Notes under the pieces: model-generated | The model's database searches: none | The model's input: the letters and a program-made list of their open reading frames with translations, nothing else | What the model was told of the DNA's origin: nothing | Part shown: positions 1-9,713 of the stretch, piece by piece | Numbering within the stretch: the first letter of the stretch is position 1 | Layout of the letters: every line of letters starts with the position of its first letter | Position numbers and translations under genes: made by a program | IMG/VR virus record: IMGVR_UViG_3300031813_000003 | Span: 64,001-128,000 of that record | DNA from: a virus | Taxonomy: Duplodnaviria; Caudoviricetes | Strand: one strand, 5' to 3' | DNA length: 64,000 nt

Positions 1-273
1 AAGCTTGATCCTAAAACTTCTGATCCTGTCACCAGAACCTGTGATGAGATTGATGCAATCTTCTCTGATAATATCGATGGTAAATGTGTCATCCTCTCAA
101 CCATCCACAAAAGTAAGGGGCGGGAATTTGACAGGGTGTTTTGGCTCCAATCTGGCACCTCCAAATGGGCAAGGATGGATTGGGAAAAAGAAACCGAAAT
201 CAACCTTTGCTATGTAGCTGTTACTAGGGCAAAGAAAGACCTCATTCTTGTTCCAATGCCAAAGAAGCAGTAG
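1..273 (+). CDS. SF1 UvrD/Rep-like helicase, C-terminal part (runs in from left edge)
   Basis: Frame 1 (not in ORF track) reads ...LSTIHKSKGREFDRVF...NLCYVAVTRAKK..., helicase motifs V and VI; stop TAG 271-273. Confidence 0.85.
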   Translation, partial: KLDPKTSDPVTRTCDEIDAIFSDNIDGKCVILSTIHKSKGREFDRVFWLQSGTSKWARMDWEKETEINLCYVAVTRAKKDLILVPMPKKQ

Positions 274-943
274 TTTTGGTGGTGAATAATCTACCAAGTA
301 TAAACCCCTCTGGTTGTTGATCTGGTATGCATGTTAAATTGATGGTTCCATTGTTGTACATCTTTTTACCATGCATACCGTTCTTGTTGCCTAGTTTAGT
401 TTCACTCTTTCTTTGAAGCTGTTCCGGTGATAAATTTCTTTGAGCATATGATAACTTAGCTTTTGATTCACTTGTATGTTTATTTCCTTCTTTACCTCTC
501 TTAGCTAGAGAGCATTTTTCACGAACCATGTCATCTTGCATAATAGAGGTCATTATTAACTTATGATTAATACGTTCATCATCAGTCCATTGTCTACCTT
601 TGCACCCTCCCAATTTGAGAGTAATTTGGGCTTTATGTTTATCTGATATGTGTTTACCTTTTTGAGAAGGTGGTTTACTTCCGCCTAAAGTTATGTTATA
701 AGTATCATTGCGATCAATAAACCATTGATCCACAATTTGAGCTTCAATCTCAAGCATATGTGATTCCTCTAAACAATAATGTAAAGTTATACGTTTGAAA
801 TTTTTGGTTCCATATTTTTTGATAGCTCTTTTTAAAAGTTTACCTGATCCTAGATAACTGTCATTTTTAATGTTAGATGAATGAACACCAACATATATTT
901 TGTTATTGATAATATTGGTGGTAAGATAAACGATGTGATACAT
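242..943 (-). mobile_element. GIY-YIG (Seg-like) free-standing homing endonuclease with NUMOD3-like C-terminus
   Basis: VYLTTN..NKIYVGVHS..YLGSG motif; HTSESKAKLS repeat-type tail; antisense insertion overlapping helicase 3' end. Confidence 0.85.
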
Positions 944-1038
944 TGGCAGTCTCCCATAACTAATATGATTTGAATGAGGACAGTAGTTTCCTGACTATTG
1001 GTGATATGTTCTCAGCATTCACCTAACTCATTTAATAG

Positions 1039-1046
1039 TATTTATA
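1039..1046 (-). promoter_or_regulatory. T4-type late promoter TATAAATA for GIY-YIG gene
   Basis: Exact TATAAATA on - strand ~95 nt upstream of ATG at 943. Confidence 0.7.
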
Positions 1047-1066
1047 CAAAATAAAAGGAACCTCTA

Positions 1067-1327
1067 ATGACTCACATAGATGAGAAGCGATTTAATGAGC
1101 TTAATGAAGCAGGGTTGATGTTCAAACTGATTTGGATTGAAAATGGTAAAGAGGAATATTTCTTTACTGGAACTTCTGAACAGTTTGCTGATTGTTACTT
1201 CTCCAATGTTGATTATGAAAATGTGATTGATTTTGCTGAAGAGAATGAATGTATTGTATTGGAGTACACCCCTGAAGAACATGTTGAATTCCTCAGAGTA
1301 CATGGAAAGAGGTTGGGTTTGATATGA
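1067..1327 (+). CDS. hypothetical protein
   Basis: ORF with SD AAGGA. Confidence 0.6.
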   Translation: MTHIDEKRFNELNEAGLMFKLIWIENGKEEYFFTGTSEQFADCYFSNVDYENVIDFAEENECIVLEYTPEEHVEFLRVHGKRLGLI

Positions 1328-1509
1328 GTAGACTATTTCTTCTCTTAGAGAAAGACCTTGATTTATTTGGGGATTCTCCTACCGTTTGGGAACCCAAAGG
1401 ATATACAGATGATGTTGAGGTTGCTATCCTTTGGAACCGATCCGCAACTAGGGATCATGATCGAAATTACAACACTCTTAATCGTATAGAGAAAGGGGAT
1501 ATTAGATGA
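1324..1509 (+). CDS. hypothetical protein
   Basis: Start overlaps upstream stop. Confidence 0.5.
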   Translation: MSRLFLLLEKDLDLFGDSPTVWEPKGYTDDVEVAILWNRSATRDHDRNYNTLNRIEKGDIR

Positions 1510-1682
1510 ATAAGAACTATGGAACCAACAATAGTAGGGCATACAACGAAGGAGAATGCCCTGTAGCCCTAGAAGTCGATGGGAGGCATACATGGGTATT
1601 CAAAAGAGAGGTTGGACGGTGTGTAACCGAATATGAATGCTCTGTGTGTGGTGCAATCCACACCATCAACAGTTCAGATTGA
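1506..1682 (+). CDS. small hypothetical protein with CxxC
   Basis: 58-aa ORF MNKNYG...YECSVCGAIH; coupled ATGA. Confidence 0.5.
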   Translation: MNKNYGTNNSRAYNEGECPVALEVDGRHTWVFKREVGRCVTEYECSVCGAIHTINSSD

Positions 1683-1689
1683 GGAGAAT

Positions 1690-1977
1690 ATGAAAGATAA
1701 TATAGATATTGCAAAATGGATAGGTTGGGATGATTCAATTCTAGTTCCTAGCTTTCATAAATGGATAAGTCCTGGTTTTGTACCAACTGATATTGAATGT
1801 TTGGAGTTGTTTGTAATTCTAATCAAACGAAACCTACATTTTCATATGTATTATGAAGGTTTTTACACGTTTGTTATAGTACATAAAGATGGAACTTGTA
1901 ATATAGGGCAAGGAAATACAATATCACTGTCAATCTTAACGTCAATCTTTGATCTTATAGATCAACAAGTTAAGTAA
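1690..1977 (+). CDS. hypothetical protein
   Basis: GAGGAG SD before ATG 1690 (start moved from 1633). Confidence 0.55.
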   Translation: MKDNIDIAKWIGWDDSILVPSFHKWISPGFVPTDIECLELFVILIKRNLHFHMYYEGFYTFVIVHKDGTCNIGQGNTISLSILTSIFDLIDQQVK

Positions 1978-2046
1978 ATATTTACTAATATTTTGTCTAT
2001 ATTAAAATTAATAAAGGAATTAAGAATGAGAATCAAAGGATAAATT

Positions 2047-2199
2047 ATGAATGATAATATGATAGGAGGTCTAATACTCTTGCTTAGTGGACTTTATCTA
2101 ACAGGAAGGTGTATAGATATGGATATTAGAGGTAAAGATGCTAGTGGATGGGCCATTATAGCATTCTTTCTTATCGTTGGCGCATGTAACAAACTATAA
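2047..2199 (+). CDS. small membrane protein
   Basis: AAGGA SD; two hydrophobic segments. Confidence 0.45.
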   Translation: MNDNMIGGLILLLSGLYLTGRCIDMDIRGKDASGWAIIAFFLIVGACNKL

Positions 2200-2212
2200 A
2201 GGAGATTAACCA

Positions 2213-2587
2213 ATGTCTAAAATGAAAAAACTAATTGAAGCAAAAGAAGTAGAATTTATTCAAGCTTGTGACAAACCTAAAGCTAAAACCAATGCGCCTA
2301 CTCCTGAGTCTGTGGTAGTTACTGTTGCATACTCTAGAGTAGATGGGACTTATGGGATTGCTGTTAAGCTTCCTGGGGATCAACCAGTTCCCAAGGTTGG
2401 TAAAGCAATTGCACTTAGGAACATGACCACAACCAACTTTACCAATCCCAATGCAGTTGATAACTCTGATTTGATTTTTGAATTTTTCAAGGTCAAAAGC
2501 GGTAGTAAGAAATCATTTACTCCTGACGTGAGGGATCGTATCCGTTATATCTTTGGGGATAATATTGTTGCAATGCTTCAGGATTAA
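2213..2587 (+). CDS. hypothetical protein
   Basis: AAGGAG SD. Confidence 0.65.
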   Translation: MSKMKKLIEAKEVEFIQACDKPKAKTNAPTPESVVVTVAYSRVDGTYGIAVKLPGDQPVPKVGKAIALRNMTTTNFTNPNAVDNSDLIFEFFKVKSGSKKSFTPDVRDRIRYIFGDNIVAMLQD

Positions 2588-2606
2588 TCTCTTAAGTTAT
2601 GAATAA

Positions 2607-2667
2607 AACAAAAAGGTCTTTGTCATTTCATTAAAATTTGACAAAGACCTTTTTGTTATGATACAAT
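2607..2667 (+). promoter_or_regulatory. 19-bp inverted repeat (terminator-like) overlapping sigma70-type promoter of gene 55
   Basis: AACAAAAAGGTCTTTGTCA / TGACAAAGACCTTTTTGTT; TTGACA 2638-43, TGaTACAAT 2659-67. Confidence 0.65.
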
Positions 2668-2694
2668 GAATTATCTTAGTTTGTAGGAGAACGA

Positions 2695-3165
2695 ATGGAA
2701 ATAAATGAAACAGAAGTGCCAGAAAAGAAGAAAAGAGTTTTTCGTCAAAAAGATTCCCCCCATTATGTTGATAATAAATTGTTTGCTGCCGAACTTACAA
2801 CATGGATTGTATCAAATAAAGATAATGGCAAGAGGATTAATTGGACAGAAATGCCTAGGTACGTTGCTGAATGCCTGATGAAGATCGTAGACCACTTTGG
2901 GTTACAATCTTGCTGGCGCTCATATACTTACTTAGATGAGATGAAATCTGAAGCTATTATAAATCTGGTTAAGGGTATCCATAACTACAACATCAACTTC
3001 TCCCCTAATGCTTTTGCATATGCATCAGAAATCGTAAGAAAATCCTTTCTGTTTGTTCTTGAAAAAGAAAAGGCCCAGGCAGCAATCCGCAATGAAACTG
3101 TTAGTCGTAGTTCAATCTACAATTACAACAATATCAATCTCCATGATGAAGAGGAACACGAATGA
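2695..3165 (+). CDS. 55: T4 gp55-like late transcription sigma factor
   Basis: HYVDNK..YVAECLMKI..YTYLDEM..PNAFAY motifs; directly upstream of 47/46 as in T4-likes. Confidence 0.85.
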   Translation: MEINETEVPEKKKRVFRQKDSPHYVDNKLFAAELTTWIVSNKDNGKRINWTEMPRYVAECLMKIVDHFGLQSCWRSYTYLDEMKSEAIINLVKGIHNYNINFSPNAFAYASEIVRKSFLFVLEKEKAQAAIRNETVSRSSIYNYNNINLHDEEEHE

Positions 3166-3235
3166 AAATAACAAAAATGATGAAATATATTGATCCAAAT
3201 AATTTTAACCAATTTTAAAAGTTGGAGTAATTTTA

Positions 3236-4354
3236 ATGAAACCGATAATAGCTGTATTCACTGACCCACATTTTGGAAATAAGGGTCATGATTTGAAAGT
3301 GTTTGAGCAACAAATGCTGTTCTTTGAACAGCAATTCTTTCCATACATACTAAAACACGATATAAAGTTTGTTGTATGTTGTGGAGATTTTTATCACGAT
3401 AGAAATAAAATTGATTGGTATATTCAAAACGAACTAAAACGAAGATTTTTTCAATGGTTTGATGATAATGATGTAGAACTTCATACTTTAGTTGGTAACC
3501 ATGATACTTATTATAAATCTACTTTAGACCAAAATTCACTTTCAGAAACTACAAAGTTCTTTACTAATGTTCATGCTTATGTCAATCCAACTAGGGTAAC
3601 CTATGCACCATATACAATTGGGTTCAACCCTTGGATACTTGACAATAAGAATCCAAACCTAACTGAAAGAGTTGATATTCTCCTGGGGCATTTTGACGTA
3701 GTTGGATTCCCAATGATGAAAGGAATCACATCTAAGGATGGTCTAAATCCGAAAGACCTTGCTAAGTATAAATTGGTTCTCTCGGGGCATTATCACATTC
3801 ACCATATCCAAGACAACTTTCATATGGTTGGGAGTCCATTTCAGCTCTCTTGGAATGATTTTAATGAACCAAAGGGATTCTTAGTCCTTGATAACAATTT
3901 CAATTATGAATACATCCAGAACCAGACAACACCACAGTTCATTAAGATTTACTATGACGAGGGCAACATAGAAGTTCTAGGGTTAGATTATGATGATGAA
4001 CCTATCCCTATGTCAAAAGAAAAATCATTAGAAGTTGCTAGTAACAATTACTGTAGGTTGTTTACTAGAAAGGTTGATGATCAAATGAAACTTGAGTTAT
4101 ACCACACAAGTTTACTTGCTGTATCATGTGATGATTATAAAATTGACATTGTGAGTCTTCAGGATACTGTAGAAGATTTTGATTCAACTGAATTTGATGC
4201 TAAGTTTGAAGAAGGAGAATCAACTTTACAATTGATTATCAGCTGTCTTGAAGGTATGACCTTTGAGCCTGGAATCGATAAGGATTTGTTAATAGAATTA
4301 AGTAAAACTGAGTATAAGACTGCATACAATGAAGTTTTGTCTATAGGAGAATAA
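3236..4354 (+). CDS. 47: recombination endonuclease subunit, Mre11/SbcD-like
   Basis: DPHFG, GD, VGNHD, GHF, SGHYH metallophosphoesterase motifs. Confidence 0.92.
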   Translation: MKPIIAVFTDPHFGNKGHDLKVFEQQMLFFEQQFFPYILKHDIKFVVCCGDFYHDRNKIDWYIQNELKRRFFQWFDDNDVELHTLVGNHDTYYKSTLDQNSLSETTKFFTNVHAYVNPTRVTYAPYTIGFNPWILDNKNPNLTERVDILLGHFDVVGFPMMKGITSKDGLNPKDLAKYKLVLSGHYHIHHIQDNFHMVGSPFQLSWNDFNEPKGFLVLDNNFNYEYIQNQTTPQFIKIYYDEGNIEVLGLDYDDEPIPMSKEKSLEVASNNYCRLFTRKVDDQMKLELYHTSLLAVSCDDYKIDIVSLQDTVEDFDSTEFDAKFEEGESTLQLIISCLEGMTFEPGIDKDLLIELSKTEYKTAYNEVLSIGE

Positions 4355-4356
4355 GA

Positions 4357-4539
4357 ATGACATCTAGAAGGGATGAATGGGAGTATGAAGCATTCAAAGA
4401 AATGGCAGCAAGGTATTTTGATGCTGATGAAGAAAAGGCAACAAATGCATTTGTATTCTATAAAATAGCAATTTCAACAATGAGTGTTCCAACCCTAGAA
4501 GATATGAAATGGGCTAGAAAAAAGTTAGGATTGATTTAA
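4357..4539 (+). CDS. hypothetical protein
   Basis: Fills gap between 47 and 46 with coupled start/stop. Confidence 0.5.
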   Translation: MTSRRDEWEYEAFKEMAARYFDADEEKATNAFVFYKIAISTMSVPTLEDMKWARKKLGLI

Positions 4540-6254
4540 TGATTGAGTTTCAAAAACTAAAATTTAAAAATGTTCTTAGTTATGGAAATAATTTCACTAC
4601 TATAGAATTCAAGGAAGGTATCAATCGATACTTTGGCGTGAATGGATCAGGGAAGTCAACTCCACATCTAGATGCCTTAACCTTTGTCCTCTTTGGCAAA
4701 CCATATAGAGATATCAATAAAAGTCAGTTGATCAATTCAAAGAACAAGAAGAATCTTGAAGTATATCTCACATTCATGAAACAAGATGATTTCTTTAGGA
4801 TTGAAAGAGGAATTAAACCTGATTTCTTCAGGATATACAAGAATGATCAATTAGTCCCTGTATCATCTACTGTCAGAGGATACCAAGATATCCTAGAAGA
4901 AGATATCCTTCAGTTTGACGAAAACATTTATAATCAAGTTACTGTCAAGTCCCTCACAAAGAACATGTCATTCATGACATTGAAGAAAGCAGATAAACGT
5001 AAGGTAATTGAGAATCTTTTTGATATTGAAGTATTTTCAATCATTGGAAAGAATCTTAAAACAAAGATTGATGCTACTGAACTAGAGATAAAAGCAATCA
5101 ATAAAGATATCGAAAACACAAATCTTTTAATCATTCAAGAACAATCTAACCTAGAGAAATTGACTAATTTGAAGCGTAGAATAGAATCTGAAACTAATCA
5201 AAACATCCAATTATACAAAGATGAAATCAAAGAACTGGAAGCAACAAATGCTAAATACGTTATAGGATTGGGAATTATAGCAAAGAAAAAAGATCAGAAA
5301 ACGGCAAAACTTCAGGAGATTTCTACCCTCAAAGGATTTATAAACAAATCATTAGCTGCCAAAGCAACAGCAGAGGCACTGATAGAAATGAATGGGAAGA
5401 AAGTCAAGTTTCTGACAAATACTTGTGGGGAATGCCCCAAGATCAAAGAACTTATGAATGATTCTGAATTGGAAGAAGCATATAAGTTTTTAGAAGGGTA
5501 TAATAAAATTTCAGAAGTTAGACAGGAAGAGTTAAAAAACCTTGATACTGATTTAAATAAGATCAATGAGATTCTATCAAATGAAAGATTTGTTACAGAG
5601 AATCTAGCTAAAAACAAAAGAAGAATTATTGAACTTATGACGGCAATCAATAAAAGTTCTGAGTCTGTAATTGAAATCGATGAATCAAAATTGAAAGAAT
5701 ACAACTCAAAATTGATTGTATTGAAATCAGCTTTCAATACAAAATTTAACACAAAAACACATTTATCTTTACTTAGAGGATTGTGTTCTGATGATGGAAT
5801 CAAGACATTTATCATCAAAAAGTATCTTCCAACAATAAACAAAATACTTAATACATACCTGACAAAATTTCAAACAGACATTGTTTTCAACTTTGATGTT
5901 GAGTTTAATGAAGTAGTTCTTACTAAGTATAAAGAGGATTATACTTACGAATCATTTAGCCAAGGGCAAAAGAAACGTATTGACTTAGCAGTTATGTTTG
6001 CGTTTATAAAGTTTGCGCAGATGAAGAATAAAAAATCTGATACCAATCTTCTGATTATGGATGAAGTATTAACTTCCTTAGATCAACAAGGGACTGAAAG
6101 TGTTATGCAAGTTCTATCAGATTATAGGGATAAGAATAACAAATGTATCATCACTATAAATCACCTTACAGATATGAATCAAGAGTTTTTTGATTATAGC
6201 TATAAAGTAACATTAGAAAAAGGATTTTCAAAAATAACAGAGGAACAATCATGA
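4539..6254 (+). CDS. 46: recombination ATPase subunit, Rad50/SbcC-like
   Basis: Walker A GVNGSGKS, coiled coil with CGEC hook, FSQGQ signature, LLIMDE Walker B. Confidence 0.93.
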   Translation: MIEFQKLKFKNVLSYGNNFTTIEFKEGINRYFGVNGSGKSTPHLDALTFVLFGKPYRDINKSQLINSKNKKNLEVYLTFMKQDDFFRIERGIKPDFFRIYKNDQLVPVSSTVRGYQDILEEDILQFDENIYNQVTVKSLTKNMSFMTLKKADKRKVIENLFDIEVFSIIGKNLKTKIDATELEIKAINKDIENTNLLIIQEQSNLEKLTNLKRRIESETNQNIQLYKDEIKELEATNAKYVIGLGIIAKKKDQKTAKLQEISTLKGFINKSLAAKATAEALIEMNGKKVKFLTNTCGECPKIKELMNDSELEEAYKFLEGYNKISEVRQEELKNLDTDLNKINEILSNERFVTENLAKNKRRIIELMTAINKSSESVIEIDESKLKEYNSKLIVLKSAFNTKFNTKTHLSLLRGLCSDDGIKTFIIKKYLPTINKILNTYLTKFQTDIVFNFDVEFNEVVLTKYKEDYTYESFSQGQKKRIDLAVMFAFIKFAQMKNKKSDTNLLIMDEVLTSLDQQGTESVMQVLSDYRDKNNKCIITINHLTDMNQEFFDYSYKVTLEKGFSKITEEQS

Positions 6255-6721
6255 CAGAACTTGATGTAAAATTATTGAACTATAATCTAATAACTGATAT
6301 TCAAAAATTAGTAATTGAGCATTATGGTAAAAATTATAACACTATAATCACGAAATCAGATACAATATATGCGTTAAGCACACCAACTTTTATTTTAAGT
6401 TATGATATAGAAAATTCACATTTCTTTTTGTCATTTAAAGTGGGACAAACAGGAAAAGATGTTGCTACTGATGTTAGAATTATTATGTTAGTTTTGGATA
6501 TTACTGAATTTTCTATGATGGAAGATTCTCATTATGACATAGAAAGTAAATCTTTAGTCTTTGGAAAAGAAGCTTTAGAATCTAAACATAAAGATGTTTT
6601 AAAATCAACAGGCAAAACTAAATGTCCAATGTGTAATAGAATATTTACAAATGAATATATGACCCCTGCTGGAATTTGTAAAGTATGTGATAGTCTAAAA
6701 GATAAGATTATTTGGAATTAA
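6251..6721 (+). CDS. hypothetical protein with C-terminal Zn finger
   Basis: CPMC...CKVC. Confidence 0.6.
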   Translation: MTELDVKLLNYNLITDIQKLVIEHYGKNYNTIITKSDTIYALSTPTFILSYDIENSHFFLSFKVGQTGKDVATDVRIIMLVLDITEFSMMEDSHYDIESKSLVFGKEALESKHKDVLKSTGKTKCPMCNRIFTNEYMTPAGICKVCDSLKDKIIWN

Positions 6722-6937
6722 ATGAAGAACATATTAGAAAAAATTTCAAAAGAAACAGGGGTATCTATTCATACAATAAAAGAAATGTGTGATGAAATAT
6801 CTAATACTTTATTATATGAAGGTTGTAAAAAAGATGAGCCTAGATTTCTTCAGTATCTTATCCGTAGATTGAGAAAAAGACTGAAGATTGAAGAATCAAA
6901 AACTTATCAAACTTTTAAACAATTTTTCAATATGTAA
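6722..6937 (+). CDS. hypothetical protein
   Basis: Adjacent ORF, 71 aa. Confidence 0.5.
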   Translation: MKNILEKISKETGVSIHTIKEMCDEISNTLLYEGCKKDEPRFLQYLIRRLRKRLKIEESKTYQTFKQFFNM

Positions 6938-7172
6938 AACATTCTGGTAAATTGCCAGTAATTGACAATTCACCTTTTTTGTGATATATTAATAGATAAC
7001 CATCATCAGTCAAAAACCTTCCTTCAATGATGATATTCCCAAGGTGAACTTCCATATGATCAGAAGCACAAAGCAAGGCTATATTACTAGGGTTGTTATT
7101 TCCGCCCTGTGACCTAGATTGTATGTGGTGTCGATGATGTGCAGCTTTGCCGCAAATTTCACAAGTTTTCAT
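6927..7172 (-). CDS. small HNH endonuclease
   Basis: MKTCEICG..HHIQSRSQGGNN..SNIALLCASDH; start reassigned to 7172; CCTAAATA late-type motif at 7178-85. Confidence 0.75.
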   Translation of the reverse strand: MKTCEICGKAAHHRHHIQSRSQGGNNNPSNIALLCASDHMEVHLGNIIIEGRFLTDDGYLLIYHKKGELSITGNLPECFTY

Positions 7173-7197
7173 GCAAGTATTTAGGAGACAACAAAGT

Positions 7198-8412
7198 ATG
7201 GCAAAAGTAACAGAAAAAGAACTACAAGAACTAAAGTTTAAATTAGAAAATGGAATTAAGCTTACCAAAATGGAGAAGAAAACTCTAAAAGATAACTCCC
7301 AGGAGGAAAAAGAAAAAAAGAAAGCAATGTCTTTTGGTCAAAGGTTAATGCACGTTACAGGATCAGAATATGCGCAGCTTATGGGAGACGATCAACCAGA
7401 TAAGTACCCTATTAGGGATTGGATTAACACAGGAAACTATCTATTTAATGCACAAATTGCTGGTAGTCCGTTTAGGGGATGCCCATCTGGTAGAGTTTGG
7501 CAACTAGCAGGACTAAACTCTGTTGGTAAAACATTCTTGATGTTAGAGACAGTAAAGAATGCCCAGGCACTTGGATACTTCTTTGTTCTTTTCGAAACTG
7601 AAATGGCTAACAACTCTAAAGAAGATTTAAAGAGTAGAGGAATTAATACCGAGAATATGCTTTTTGTTCCTTGTCCCACTGTAGCAGAACTTAACACTCA
7701 AATGATTAATATCCTTGATGAAATCACACCAAATGATAAAGTAATTATTGGAGTTGACTCAATTGGTAATATTAGTACTACTAAAGAACTAGGAGATAAA
7801 ACTTCTGGTAATGATGCTAGAGACTTTACCAAACAAACAGAATTACGTGCATTATTCCGAACTGTTACACTTAAAGCTGGTATTAAGAATGTGCCTATCA
7901 TTGTAATTAACCATGTATATTCACAAATTATGGGATTTGGTGGTAATATTATCTCTGGTGGAGAAGGGAGTCTTTATAATTCATCCATTATTAGTAGCTT
8001 CACAAAGGCCCAGGTAAAGGGAACAGCTAAAGATAATAAAGAAGATACAGTTGCTGCTAGAATCACTAGTACCAATGTAAAATGTAGAACTGCAAAAGAG
8101 AAAACTAAGATTCAATTTAATATCGACTTTGAAAGTGGATTGACTCCATATTCAGGATTATTTGAATGGTGTTATGAGGATGAAGCAATTTTTATAAAAG
8201 AGAAAAACTCTTATAAAATTGATCCTATCAAAATACCACAACTCGCTCATAAAAAAGATGATCTAATTACAAAAGCTAAAATGACTCCTGCTTTTTGGGA
8301 AGATTTTCTAAAAAATGGATTGGCTAAATACATGGAAACTAAATTCCAATATCAATCTTCAACTGAAGGACTTTCAGTTGAAGAGGAAGAAGAACTAGAA
8401 GGAGAAGTTTAA
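7198..8412 (+). CDS. uvsX: RecA-like recombinase
   Basis: WINTGNY, AGLNSVGKT Walker A, VDSIG, INHVY, SGGEG; AGGAG SD before ATG 7198. Confidence 0.9.
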   Translation: MAKVTEKELQELKFKLENGIKLTKMEKKTLKDNSQEEKEKKKAMSFGQRLMHVTGSEYAQLMGDDQPDKYPIRDWINTGNYLFNAQIAGSPFRGCPSGRVWQLAGLNSVGKTFLMLETVKNAQALGYFFVLFETEMANNSKEDLKSRGINTENMLFVPCPTVAELNTQMINILDEITPNDKVIIGVDSIGNISTTKELGDKTSGNDARDFTKQTELRALFRTVTLKAGIKNVPIIVINHVYSQIMGFGGNIISGGEGSLYNSSIISSFTKAQVKGTAKDNKEDTVAARITSTNVKCRTAKEKTKIQFNIDFESGLTPYSGLFEWCYEDEAIFIKEKNSYKIDPIKIPQLAHKKDDLITKAKMTPAFWEDFLKNGLAKYMETKFQYQSSTEGLSVEEEEELEGEV

Positions 8413-8666
8413 TGGCAGAACGAATTCAAGAATTAGATATTGAAAGTAAAGAATATGCAAATGAAATGAATAAATTACGCCTAGCTGCTGCTAAAAAAGA
8501 TCAGGCTATAGCTAGAAAGGCATCTAAACAACGTAGAGCATTAGAAGTGATAGAAACTCTTAAAAAGGTTTTGGACTTGGAAGGAGGGGCTGGAATCCCC
8601 TGGGATGAAAGAAAAATAGTTGTTAATAAATTGATTGAATTTATCAAATCGCTAAAAGTACAATAA
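8412..8666 (+). CDS. hypothetical protein
   Basis: Coupled TAATG. Confidence 0.6.
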   Translation: MAERIQELDIESKEYANEMNKLRLAAAKKDQAIARKASKQRRALEVIETLKKVLDLEGGAGIPWDERKIVVNKLIEFIKSLKVQ

Positions 8667-8686
8667 TATAAGGTATATAACCTAAA

Positions 8687-8722
8687 CAAAAGGACTTTAC
8701 AAATATGTAAAGTCCTTTTTGT
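8687..8722 (+). terminator. intrinsic terminator
   Basis: AAAAGGACTTTACA-aata-TGTAAAGTCCTTTT followed by T-rich run. Confidence 0.8.
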
Positions 8723-8742
8723 ATTTTTAGTCAAAATAAAAA

Positions 8743-8771
8743 TTGACTTGAAAATGGACTCATGTTAAGGT
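8743..8771 (+). promoter_or_regulatory. sigma70-type early promoter
   Basis: TTGACT-17-TAAGGT with A-rich UP element. Confidence 0.7.
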
Positions 8772-8803
8772 TAAACATAATCAATCACAAAGGAGATTTC
8801 AGT

Positions 8804-8986
8804 ATGTCGATTGTTGAAAAAATAGAAATCCTAAAAATTTCTTCATGTGTTATGAACAGTAGCAAAGAACTATGTGTTGCTGATGCTATCAAATTTCAGG
8901 CCCAAGGAAATGACAACCTTGCAATCAACCGGCTTGAAAAAGCTGCACAATATACCTGGGGTTTCTATCGCCCTACTAACTGGTAA
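8804..8986 (+). CDS. hypothetical early protein
   Basis: AAGGAG SD before ATG 8804. Confidence 0.6.
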   Translation: MSIVEKIEILKISSCVMNSSKELCVADAIKFQAQGNDNLAINRLEKAAQYTWGFYRPTNW

Positions 8987-9010
8987 TAACTAAACAATAA
9001 AGGAGATTAT

Positions 9011-9274
9011 ATGAAAACGTCTGTTAAGTTTGGTACTAGTTATGAGCAAATGAGGAACGCTGTTACTGTTACTCTAGTGACGCTAGTATCCGAAAGAAAC
9101 ATCAATTCGGTTGATCTCCCTGCAGCAATTACGGCAGTTACTGAAGCTTTTGATAGGGCTGATGGTAATGCTGGTAATGGTGGATCACCTTGGGCAACTG
9201 CTACCCAAGGGGTTTGGATGGCGAAAGCAAATATCGATACCAGTGAATTCTACCTCTGGAGGCAAGTAATATGA
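9011..9274 (+). CDS. hypothetical protein
   Basis: AAGGAG SD. Confidence 0.65.
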   Translation: MKTSVKFGTSYEQMRNAVTVTLVTLVSERNINSVDLPAAITAVTEAFDRADGNAGNGGSPWATATQGVWMAKANIDTSEFYLWRQVI

Positions 9275-9421
9275 AAACCAGACCTATCCCTACCAAGCAT
9301 TACAGAAAAGATGACATAGACTCTGCTATCAACAACCGTTGCCTCAAGACAGGGGAAACCCATATCTGGAACTATGACCCTGAAAACGAAAGGCAATATA
9401 AGTGTGCATGTGGATGTACCC

Positions 9422-9667
9422 TTGAAAAGTAAATTCAAAGACATAGATCAGCAAAGGGTATATAATTCTTTCTTTCATATGTCTAATGAAGATGTGGAGA
9501 AAGTTGTACTCAGACATGGTACATCACTGGATTATGCTTTTACTATGGGATATTTAGAAACTCCATTAGAAGGAATTCATAGATATCTCAAAACTTCGGC
9601 TTGCTATGCTGTATACTCCGCAGGGAAAGATCGAAAAAAGATTGATAATAAATTGACAAACAAATGA
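9422..9667 (+). CDS. hypothetical protein (start uncertain)
   Basis: Open frame from 9374; TTG at 9422 overlaps the end of a small ORF 9271-9432. Confidence 0.45.
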   Translation: MKSKFKDIDQQRVYNSFFHMSNEDVEKVVLRHGTSLDYAFTMGYLETPLEGIHRYLKTSACYAVYSAGKDRKKIDNKLTNK

Positions 9668-9681
9668 TTATCCTGTAGGAT
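9653..9681 (+). promoter_or_regulatory. sigma70-type early promoter for PARP gene
   Basis: TTGACA-17-TAGGAT. Confidence 0.65.
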
Positions 9682-9713
9682 CATCTTAAATTATACTTCT
9701 ATGGAGATTGCAC

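Noticed and set aside
5-297. ORF-track calls 5-217 (+) and 97-297 (-)
   Set aside because: Frame 1 (1-273) carries clear helicase motifs and is the real gene
970-1015. Hammerhead ribozyme in GIY-YIG leader
   Set aside because: CUGAGAA does not match CUGAnGA and lies in a hairpin loop rather than the junction
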